Positions 24,025-31,136 of a stretch of DNA of 31,136 bases are shown here, in pieces. Within the stretch, counting starts at the first letter, position 1. Every line of letters begins with the position of its first letter. A model generated the notes under the pieces. The model made no database searches and was not told the DNA's origin. It saw only the letters and a list, made by a program, of their open reading frames with translations. Location of the stretch: IMG/VR virus record IMGVR_UViG_3300047361_000007, positions 1-31,136 of that record. One strand, written 5' to 3'. Origin of the DNA: a virus (Duplodnaviria; Caudoviricetes). Position numbers and translations under genes: made by a program.

Positions 24025-25654
24025 GGTTTAACCCAGCCTCCCCTGCTGTTTTGGCAACATCAGCGCCCTTTTGCATCATGTCCATAACTTCAGCGCCCTG
24101 CATCATCTGCTGCTGCGCCGCTTGCGCTTGCTGTTGTGCTTGCATCTCTGCCATTAAATCATCGTCAGACTTCAGCAGCATTGGCGGAACGCCGTTAAGT
24201 TCCGCGATGTGGCGAACAGTATCCGCGCCCTTGATAATCTGGGCAGCTTGCGGGTCCATACCAGCAATCGGCCCAACAAACTCAAGCGTCCGCATAATGC
24301 CTTGCGTTTCAGTCTGGCGCTGCGCTCGCGCAAGAGGCGATACATATTCAATCTTTAGTTCTAATTCAGATATGGACTCAGGCGGTTCAGGTAAACGACC
24401 AGCGCGAACCAAAACACCATAGATGCGTTCTATCATAGGCCCAAGGAACTCCGACTGAAGGCGTCCCAGAGTTGGCCCTAGCAGCCGCAACGTGCGTTCT
24501 GTGCGCTCAACAACCTCCGTCGCCGTCATGCGGGGTGCGCCTTGAAACTGCAACTGGTCAAGGAAGAACGTTGTGCGGATGCGTTCACGCAAATCGTTCA
24601 TCATTTCGTAACTGAGACCAATGTTGCCACCAGTAAGCAAAGGCTCAATCCGCGCACCAGAAGATGCACGATAATAATTCAAGCCACCGGGGATGGTGCG
24701 AACCGGACCCAGTACACCGTCATCCGGCACCAGCAGCGGCGGATCAACAACTTTTTGCGCCGCTTTAATAGTCGTCTTCATAATTTCTTGAAGCATCTTG
24801 ATATCAGGCAGCGCCGTCATAGCCGGGGACCGGCCAAACACTTCACCGACAGTTTTCGACCAGCGGCCAACCATATAAGGCATTTCGTCAAAGCCGCCTT
24901 CAGCCAAAACGTGCTTTTCTTTCTCATCGATGTAAACTGACGCAACCGGCAGCATAGTCGCCGCTTTTTTGCCTTTATCAACATCGTCACGCGGGTAAAC
25001 GCAATGAAACAATTCAACTTCTTTATCAAACTCTTTCTTTTCATACATTCTTTGGATGCGCGGAGACAAAGACTTTTCTCCCCACTTCTGCACGATCTGG
25101 CGCACAGTCATCTTAAAAATGCGGAAAACGGTATCAACAATTCCATCTGCGTTTTCAGCGATAAATATCTCATCGATATGGATTGACCTGAAGCTGATGC
25201 CCTCGCGGGTTGTCGGCTCACCAACAAACATACAAGCCGTGCCAATAGAACAAAGCGACAAATAATATTCATGGATGTGGGACGGGAAGGCTACGTCTGG
25301 CGCGGAAAGTTCTGCAAGAATTACATTTGTGGTTTCTTCAAGCCACTGCTTCGCTTCAGCATTATCTGCAAAATTGTCCATGCTGTCTTTGACGCGAAGG
25401 CTAAACCAGTTAGATGCCGGGTTGGTCAGCATTCCATGCAGACCAGCAGCAAGCATTTCGTTGGCGTGTATGCCGGTACTATCATAAACAAGCGTGGTTC
25501 GCTTATCGCCTTTAGAACGGTTCAGATTAAAATCAGATTCGTTAGGCAGAACAAAATTTGTCAAATCCTGCCAGTGTGATTCCCACGTTCCGCGTTGTGC
25601 TTTTAGCTTGTTCTTACGTTTAACAAGATGGATGACTTGTTCTTGGCTAATCAT
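24011..25654 (-). CDS. Portal (head-tail connector), T7 gp8/BPP-1 type
   Basis: YDSTG, GRW...GEVFGRSPAM.ALPDIK, MTATEV, LGP.LGRLQSEFL, EYVSPLA. Confidence 0.95.
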   Translation of the reverse strand: MISQEQVIHLVKRKNKLKAQRGTWESHWQDLTNFVLPNESDFNLNRSKGDKRTTLVYDSTGIHANEMLAAGLHGMLTNPASNWFSLRVKDSMDNFADNAEAKQWLEETTNVILAELSAPDVAFPSHIHEYYLSLCSIGTACMFVGEPTTREGISFRSIHIDEIFIAENADGIVDTVFRIFKMTVRQIVQKWGEKSLSPRIQRMYEKKEFDKEVELFHCVYPRDDVDKGKKAATMLPVASVYIDEKEKHVLAEGGFDEMPYMVGRWSKTVGEVFGRSPAMTALPDIKMLQEIMKTTIKAAQKVVDPPLLVPDDGVLGPVRTIPGGLNYYRASSGARIEPLLTGGNIGLSYEMMNDLRERIRTTFFLDQLQFQGAPRMTATEVVERTERTLRLLGPTLGRLQSEFLGPMIERIYGVLVRAGRLPEPPESISELELKIEYVSPLARAQRQTETQGIMRTLEFVGPIAGMDPQAAQIIKGADTVRHIAELNGVPPMLLKSDDDLMAEMQAQQQAQAAQQQMMQGAEVMDMMQKGADVAKTAGEAGLNLVQG

Positions 25655-25663
25655 GCCTACCTC

Positions 25664-26239
25664 TTAAACGGTTGGAATTGCAACAGCTTGGAAATTGTAA
25701 TCAGCAATTGTTAGGTTGGCTGTCGATGTTTCGTTTGTTCCGTGGATTTCAATATAATCATTTGTACTCATTAACGCACTGCCTTGTATCGAAACCGCGC
25801 CAAGCTCTCCCGACGCAGTAATTTTGCGAGTGACTAACGTTGGCGCAAGCAATGCCCCAGAAGAACCGCTGGTATCATACAGCCAAGCCTTGAAAGAAAT
25901 AACCTGATTGTTGGAAGCCGCCGTGCAGCTAATAGACGCTGAAAACGTAACTATACGGTTTGGCGCACCAATGTAACGCAAGCGCCCGGTGTTTGTGCTG
26001 TTGTTGTCAAATAACAACTCGTTTCCCGAAAGAGCCGTCGTTCCAGCGATCTTCACATATGTACCAGCGCCCGCAATAACGGTTTCGGTTGAATTGCCCT
26101 GCATCGAACACTCGCCAAAGCTGGGGCGCAACGAAACAATCAAATCCCGCATATCGTTTGCGGTAATTTCGTTAGCCGCTTGCCCGTCTTGAAACAGAGA
26201 CGAAAGCAGCGTTGCCGTCGTGCGGACGGTATCAACCAT
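25664..26239 (-). CDS. Hypothetical beta-rich protein, probably virion-associated (191 aa)
   Basis: TAATG coupling; T/S/A-rich; directly upstream of portal. Confidence 0.7.
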   Translation of the reverse strand: MVDTVRTTATLLSSLFQDGQAANEITANDMRDLIVSLRPSFGECSMQGNSTETVIAGAGTYVKIAGTTALSGNELLFDNNSTNTGRLRYIGAPNRIVTFSASISCTAASNNQVISFKAWLYDTSGSSGALLAPTLVTRKITASGELGAVSIQGSALMSTNDYIEIHGTNETSTANLTIADYNFQAVAIPTV

Positions 26240-26829
26240 TATTCACCAAGCAGCATTTTCTTGCCGCCTGTCTCCGTATCACCGGCATCTGTACCAGTTA
26301 AAATTGTGGATGCACGTCCTTGTGCGCCAGCAGCACGACGACGAGCCGTCTGTTCAGCGGCACGGACTTCTTCGGCTGATTTCTCAGGCGGGGGAGGCGG
26401 GGGCGGAGGCGGAGCCGGGGCCGGAGAACTGCCAAAACCGGGAACCGTGAATAATTGTTTGAATTTCATTGGACGTTTCCTTTTGGTCATCGACCGATAT
26501 AGCTGGTGCGGAGTCACCGCAAATGTGTGCAAGGCGCAAACAACCTTAACATGACCGACGCAATTATTCATAACCAACGGAAACAAACGCGGTTGTGTTC
26601 CCCGTTCAACTTCAACAACTGCAAAACCTTGCGCCCGATAATGCGTTGCTAGATCGTAATCATCCGCCGCTTCCGCTTGAATGACCGGCACACCTTGATG
26701 CCAATTGTAACTAATCCACGCTCCACGATCTACATCCTGCAACGCACACCAAACATGACGCCGCTTACGATTGAGCAACCACGCCAATGGATGTGCATTT
26801 TCCGCACCAAAGATCAACAGGCATTTCAT
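26239..26829 (-). CDS. Putative permuted papain-like domain fused to poly-Pro pre-portal virion protein; possible internal start at 26469
   Basis: His (RHVW) before Cys (NNCVG) and TPHQLY; C-terminal P9 run, GRASTILTG...KMLLG; internal AAGGA SD + ATG. Confidence 0.6.
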   Translation of the reverse strand: MKCLLIFGAENAHPLAWLLNRKRRHVWCALQDVDRGAWISYNWHQGVPVIQAEAADDYDLATHYRAQGFAVVEVERGTQPRLFPLVMNNCVGHVKVVCALHTFAVTPHQLYRSMTKRKRPMKFKQLFTVPGFGSSPAPAPPPPPPPPPEKSAEEVRAAEQTARRRAAGAQGRASTILTGTDAGDTETGGKKMLLGE

Positions 26830-26837
26830 AGCTTGAC

Positions 26838-26867
26838 ATTATAAATGATTATTGGGCTTTTTGTAAA
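26838..26867 (-). promoter_or_regulatory. Internal sigma70-type promoter, near-leaderless
   Basis: TTTACA-18 nt-TATAAT on - strand, 8 nt before ATG 26829, no SD. Confidence 0.5.
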
Positions 26868-27297
26868 CGGTGTATTTTTCAGTATACCCCAACCGTTCAT
26901 ATAGCTGCCCGGTCCTGTCTGGTGTGATCCCCGCCGACACGCCTAGCAACGGTTCGGACACGCCTTTCTCGCTGCACCATGCGTCGTAAGCCTTGACCAG
27001 CCTTGCCCCCATCATGCCGCCCCGGTGTTCAGGCACCACATAAATCGCAAGGTCGCCGCTTGTCAGGTCATTGCCGAAGAAATGCGGCGCAACGTAGCCG
27101 ATACAAAATCCAATAATTTCGCTATCGCGTTCAGCAACCAAGCACAGCCATCCATCAGGTTGATCCAGCATATTTGTGCCAAGGTGGCGCAGCTTCTCAG
27201 GATCAAAGTCAAGTTTTTCATATCTGCTTTCCTTGTGCATTGCCGCGCCCATGTCAATCAAGACGGGTATGTCCTGCGCGGTCATGGGTCGGATCAT
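26839..27297 (-). CDS. GNAT-family acetyltransferase
   Basis: MIRPMTAQD start, IIGF, YVVPEHRGGMMGARLV acetyl-CoA motif, LYERLGY. Confidence 0.88.
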   Translation of the reverse strand: MIRPMTAQDIPVLIDMGAAMHKESRYEKLDFDPEKLRHLGTNMLDQPDGWLCLVAERDSEIIGFCIGYVAPHFFGNDLTSGDLAIYVVPEHRGGMMGARLVKAYDAWCSEKGVSEPLLGVSAGITPDRTGQLYERLGYTEKYTVYKKPNNHL

Positions 27298-27575
27298 TTT
27301 ATAACTGGTGTCTTGCCGGGAACTACAGGTTCAGCCGCGACAGCTTTTTGACGCCTAGTTGTTTGCGTTGCTTTGCTTACGTTTTTAGATTTACCTCCGC
27401 CAAGCAAAGCAGCTTTTTCAGATGCAGACGGCGCTTGTTTTGCAATCACACTGCCAAAACCCCTCCCCACTTGCCTAGCTTCTTCACCTGTTACAACTTT
27501 ACCGTCAGAGGTTCTTGTGTATGTTATGCCGGGCAAGGAAAAAACACGCCTTGCAACTTCTGGATCACCACACAT
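27294..27575 (-). CDS. Hypothetical basic protein with MCG N-terminus (93 aa), probably virion-associated
   Basis: AAGGA SD; ATGA overlap with GNAT. Confidence 0.7.
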   Translation of the reverse strand: MCGDPEVARRVFSLPGITYTRTSDGKVVTGEEARQVGRGFGSVIAKQAPSASEKAALLGGGKSKNVSKATQTTRRQKAVAAEPVVPGKTPVIK

Positions 27576-27576
27576 A

Positions 27577-27672
27577 TCAATATCCTTTCTTTGTACCTTT
27601 GGGCTTCTTAGGCTTGGCCTTGCCCATCTTGCGGTAGCCTTCGGTGAGTAGCGTTTTGATGCTGTCGCTCAT
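27577..27672 (-). CDS. 31-aa basic peptide (MSDSIKTLLTEGYRKMGKAKPKKPKGTKKGY), not in ORF track
   Basis: Fills gap between TerL stop and next ATG with 1-nt spacers; GGGGA SD. Confidence 0.62.
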   Translation of the reverse strand: MSDSIKTLLTEGYRKMGKAKPKKPKGTKKGY

Positions 27673-27673
27673 A

Positions 27674-28981
27674 TCATTCCCCTATTGCCACAGCCTGACG
27701 GCCCCGGTAGTCGTTAGTTTCATAGTTCATCACGCTATATTCCATATCAGCCACCGCTTGCTGGCGGTATACCTCGTTGCTTTTATTGACCAGCTTCGGA
27801 AACAATTCAGTAAACCCCCAGACCATAGCATCAACCCGGTCGGGTGATCCATCGCCTTCGTAACCGGACGCCGTGATCTGGCACATCTGGCTTTCAAGCT
27901 GCGGAAACGTGCCGACGTGGTGGATGCGACCGAGAGCGTACAGGGCGCTGATAGGTTCTGCTCTGACGTGCTTGCCGCGTGTCGCGTGTACCTCAATGAT
28001 GTTGATGCCGGGGCGAACGCTGTTTAGAACGTGGCGGCACATATCGCCGCCTTGGTTCTTCTCAATCACGATGCCGTCAGCATCATATCGGTCGTACATA
28101 GCGATGGCCCGCCGCGCCCAGCGTTCAGGTGCGCCCTTGGTCGTGCCATCCTCAAGCATATAACCGTGGCCTGATTGGCTAGATGCCACTGCCACAATAC
28201 CGTGTTCATCGCTATGCGCCTCGCTAGACACCGCCGGGTCAACCGCGATCAGGATACGAGACAGATCGTTAGGCAACTCAGCTTCACGCCCTTCGTTGAT
28301 GTCGCGCATATTCCAGATCGCGCCAACCGCTTGCGGTTCGTAATCGCCAAGCCAGATGTGGCTGTAACGGTCGGGACGCAGACGCCTATCAAGCGCCCGC
28401 TCTGCTTCTAATTCTTTTGGGAACCACGGGTTGCTATCGTAATTGACCTGCACAACCGCCGCGCCTTCTGGAACGTCATCGCCGCGCAGGAAATTATCAA
28501 CCGCATCCATGCGGTTGCGCGGGTTCCAGCTAAAATACATCTGCGAACCGGGTGCGCGGATTGTCGGACGCAGAAGTTCCAATGATTTCTCAGACAGCGT
28601 TTGCGCTTCCTCAACCCAAGCAATGCGGAAGCCTTCCAACGATTTTATAGTTTCCGCCGTGTGATCCTGCATACCCATAAATATAACCAAACCGCCTTGC
28701 GGCGTTTCAATGCGGTCGTGCAGCACCCGAAAACGATCAGCAACGCCTAGTGCGTTGACCTTGTCAGCAATCAACCTGTAAGCCGATTCACGCAGGGATT
28801 TCTGCACCTCACGAATGCAAACGGCGCGGATAGTCGGGTCTTCAATCATCCTGTCCACGATGCGTTCAGCAAAATGGTGTGACTTGCCAGACCCACGGCC
28901 ACCATGTGCGCCGAGATATCGCAAATCCGGCTGAAACAGGGGCCGGAATGCTTTAGGCGTCGGGATCGTTAATTTTGCCAT
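27674..28981 (-). CDS. terL: Terminase large subunit
   Basis: GGRGSGKS Walker A, WVEEAQ Walker B, SWNP motif III; nuclease AVDPA...EKNQGGD...RAEP...SPDRVDA. Confidence 0.95.
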   Translation of the reverse strand: MAKLTIPTPKAFRPLFQPDLRYLGAHGGRGSGKSHHFAERIVDRMIEDPTIRAVCIREVQKSLRESAYRLIADKVNALGVADRFRVLHDRIETPQGGLVIFMGMQDHTAETIKSLEGFRIAWVEEAQTLSEKSLELLRPTIRAPGSQMYFSWNPRNRMDAVDNFLRGDDVPEGAAVVQVNYDSNPWFPKELEAERALDRRLRPDRYSHIWLGDYEPQAVGAIWNMRDINEGREAELPNDLSRILIAVDPAVSSEAHSDEHGIVAVASSQSGHGYMLEDGTTKGAPERWARRAIAMYDRYDADGIVIEKNQGGDMCRHVLNSVRPGINIIEVHATRGKHVRAEPISALYALGRIHHVGTFPQLESQMCQITASGYEGDGSPDRVDAMVWGFTELFPKLVNKSNEVYRQQAVADMEYSVMNYETNDYRGRQAVAIGE

Positions 28982-29330
28982 CAACAAAAACCCGTTCGAT
29001 TGTTTCGATCTTGCCGGTATGTTCTATCTCTTGCTTTTCCTTCCAGCCCATCTGCGTCTTGGCCCAGAAGATAGCCGCCGAAGTGTCGCCGTTCATCACC
29101 TTGTTGAACAGCGTCCCGCCAACCTTGGCGTTCGCCAGTATCTTGCTCTCGCGGATTTCCTTCTTGAAATGCTTGGCAAGCGTGTCCGCATCGATGCCGT
29201 CGCGGATCACCATAGCAATCTGCTCCTGCGGTATGCCGACAGCCACCATCTGCCCGACCTGCTTGCGCTCGTCATCCGTTGGCTTGAACGGCGGACGGCC
29301 CGTTGGTTTACCCGTTGGTTTACGCGGCAT
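28953..29330 (-). CDS. terS: Terminase small subunit (putative)
   Basis: Immediately upstream of TerL; GRPP N-terminus, HTH-like segment, AAIFWAKTQMGWKE. Confidence 0.75.
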   Translation of the reverse strand: MPRKPTGKPTGRPPFKPTDDERKQVGQMVAVGIPQEQIAMVIRDGIDADTLAKHFKKEIRESKILANAKVGGTLFNKVMNGDTSAAIFWAKTQMGWKEKQEIEHTGKIETIERVFVDGKINDPDA

Positions 29331-30570
29331 CTGCTTCCAATCCCTTTTCTAATACCGAAAAAGACTTACCATTTGCCTCCAGCGTAGCATCTTTCCCAGT
29401 AAATTCACACCACCGCTTTACGATCACGTCGCAGTATTTGGGGTCGAGTTCCATAAGCCGTGAGTGGCGACCATTCTTCTCTGCGGCGATCATTGTGGTG
29501 CCGGAGCCGCCGAAGCTGTCTAAAATTAAATCGCCGCCCTTAGTGTTGTTTAGCATTTGGTATTCAAACAATTCGACCGGCTTCATCGTCGGATGCTCTT
29601 TGCTTTGAGAAGGTCGGTCAAATTCTAATATTGTGGTCTGCTTTCTGTCGGTCGCCCAAAGATGCCCCGCGCCATCCTTCCATCCATACAAGCAAGGTTC
29701 ATGCTTCCAATGGTAATCCTGCCGCCCCATGACCATCGTTTGTTTCTTCCAAATCAAACACTGGCGTATCTGCCAGCCCATATCGTGCGCCGCACCCCGG
29801 AAGTTGTAGCCTTCTAAATCAGCATGCCAAATATAGAAAACCGCTCCAGATTTCATAACAGCGTCTGCGGCAGAGTATGAATCGCGCAGAAACTGCCTGA
29901 ATTGGTCATCACCCATTTCGTCGTTTTGTATTTTTAAGGCGTCTTTTGTCTTCCCCTCATACGCCACGTTATATGGTGGGTCCGTTAGCCACATATCGGC
30001 ACGGTGTTCGCCACACAACGCTTCTAAAGCATCAATGCTGGTGCTATCCCCGCACATCAGCCGGTGATCGCCCAGTAGCCAAACGTCGCCCAGCACCGTC
30101 ACCGGGTTCTCCGGCACGTCCGGCACTGCGTCTTCGTCAGTCAGCCCCTCGGTTGGATCAACCAGCATATTTGCCAGCATGTCGTCGCCAAACCCGATCA
30201 GGCTCAGATCAAAGCCATCCGCGTCCAAGTCTTTCATTTCCACCGACAGCAAATCCATATCCCACCCGGCGTTCTGCGGCAGCTGATTATCCGCCAGCAC
30301 ATAGGCTTGCTTCTGGGCCTTTGTCCATCCGGTCGCCGTCATAGTTGGCACTTCCTCAATACCCAGCTTCCGCGCTGCCATGACTCGGCCATGCCCGGCT
30401 ATGATCTCACCGTCTTCGTCAATCAGCACCGGGGTCGTCCATCCCCATTCTTTTATCGACGCTGCAAGCTGCGCCACCTGCTCGTCGGAGTGCGTCCGTG
30501 CGTTTCGCGCATACGGGATCAGATCATCCACTTTGCGCCGTTCAATTTTATCCGCTGCCCAATCTTTCAT
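29320..30570 (-). CDS. ParB-like domain fused to N6/N4 DNA methyltransferase
   Basis: PYARNARTH...SIKEWGW...AGHGR...LADN ParB domain; TDPPY, HPTMKP, LDSFGGSGTT; start 30570 or 30582. Confidence 0.92.
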   Translation of the reverse strand: MKDWAADKIERRKVDDLIPYARNARTHSDEQVAQLAASIKEWGWTTPVLIDEDGEIIAGHGRVMAARKLGIEEVPTMTATGWTKAQKQAYVLADNQLPQNAGWDMDLLSVEMKDLDADGFDLSLIGFGDDMLANMLVDPTEGLTDEDAVPDVPENPVTVLGDVWLLGDHRLMCGDSTSIDALEALCGEHRADMWLTDPPYNVAYEGKTKDALKIQNDEMGDDQFRQFLRDSYSAADAVMKSGAVFYIWHADLEGYNFRGAAHDMGWQIRQCLIWKKQTMVMGRQDYHWKHEPCLYGWKDGAGHLWATDRKQTTILEFDRPSQSKEHPTMKPVELFEYQMLNNTKGGDLILDSFGGSGTTMIAAEKNGRHSRLMELDPKYCDVIVKRWCEFTGKDATLEANGKSFSVLEKGLEADAA

Positions 30571-30593
30571 TTTGCTTTCCATGTTTGTGTAAA

Positions 30594-30730
30594 TAACCCC
30601 TAGCCCGCAGTGGTACCCCTTTTACCCCCACCCTAAAGGGTGGGGGGGTAGTTGGGGTACCTGTTTCTGCGGTTTTTTGCCCCCACTACCCCAATTACCT
30701 TTTTTGCACCCTTGGGGTTTTTGGGGTAGC
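30594..30730. repeat. GGGGTA/TACCCC iteron cluster with long palindrome; candidate replication origin
   Basis: Six exact TACCCC/GGGGTA hexamers plus variants; imperfect inverted repeat 30605-30672; non-coding, just downstream of primase/helicase-like gene. Confidence 0.6.
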
Positions 30731-30743
30731 ACGCAAAAGTTGT

Positions 30744-31136
30744 TCAAGCATTGCGTGAAACAACCATTGCGGATGCCCAAACCTTATCAATTATGACCCA
30801 GCCGTCATGTTGCTTTTCGATCATATTTGCTAAAAGCAACGCCCCGATGAGTTTATTATCGTATGACGGATTGAGCATATTTTGCACTGTCCTGTCAGCC
30901 ATGCCATCGCTTTCAAGTTTGCGAGTCAATGCCGCACGGGTCAGATATGGCTGACCGTCAATATCCTCTGCACCGGATGTCCACCAAGCATTCTCAAACA
31001 GCTTTTGATGTTTGACGATTGGGCTGTCTTTTTTGGCTTTGACAGGCTCCTGCCCGGCCACTAATACCGCGCTAGTCACTTGGTCGCCATCCTCATCCAT
31101 CCAGCCAGTAATAGGCACCGACTGCAACTCAGCAAA
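30744..31136 (-). CDS. C-terminal part of probable primase/helicase (AAA_25/RepA-like), truncated by window edge
   Basis: Open to window end; LQSVPITGWMDEDGDQVTSAV resembles the segment following the ATPase domain in such proteins; catalytic motifs lie outside the window. Confidence 0.55.
   Translation of the reverse strand, partial: FAELQSVPITGWMDEDGDQVTSAVLVAGQEPVKAKKDSPIVKHQKLFENAWWTSGAEDIDGQPYLTRAALTRKLESDGMADRTVQNMLNPSYDNKLIGALLLANMIEKQHDGWVIIDKVWASAMVVSRNA

Noticed and set aside
26833-26862. Perfect TTGACA on the + strand as an antisense promoter
   Set aside because: No -10 hexamer at 16-18 nt spacing; the - strand TTTACA/TATAAT pair fits better
7082-30603. Many + strand ORFs opposite the late genes (e.g. 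12460-12981, 14832-15362, 28975-29352)
   Set aside because: Antisense shadows of well-supported - strand genes, with no recognisable motifs
1-31136. Prophage status, integrase/att sites, or alternative genetic code
   Set aside because: No integrase, repressor or host genes visible; genes tile densely under the standard code using all three stop codons; lifestyle cannot be decided from this window

Overview
The window is most of the genome of a tailed dsDNA podovirus-type phage with a T7/BPP-1/APSE-like virion module. The host is probably an alphaproteobacterium, inferred from a GcrA-like regulator, a GTA-type 3TM holin and a GTA-like terminase nuclease domain. The + strand (1-6922) carries two early operons. 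One is a recombination/replication module (Sak4-like AAA ATPase, DUF669-type SSB, adenine methyltransferase, Cas4-like exonuclease, SF2 helicase, VRR-NUC nuclease). The other is a block of small accessory ORFs separated by repeated hairpins. The - strand (31136-6969) carries the 3' end of a probable primase/helicase, a GGGGTA-iteron palindrome (candidate origin), ParB-methyltransferase, TerS, TerL, GNAT, portal, scaffold, small basic proteins, major capsid, tail tube A/B, internal virion proteins, two tail fibres, a lysis cassette and a metallophosphoesterase. The two arms converge on a terminator at about 6948-6978. I saw no tRNA, CRISPR array, integrase, RNA polymerase or DNA polymerase in the window. 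The most notable unexplained features are: (1) a 21-nt leader motif exactly 42 nt upstream of the first ATG of both early operons; (2) a structured capsid-gene leader with two mirror-image copies of the same internal loop; (3) a papain-like domain fused in frame to the pre-portal virion protein, beside a GNAT; (4) several short ORFs missing from the supplied ORF track. All family assignments come from motif recognition by eye, not database searches.
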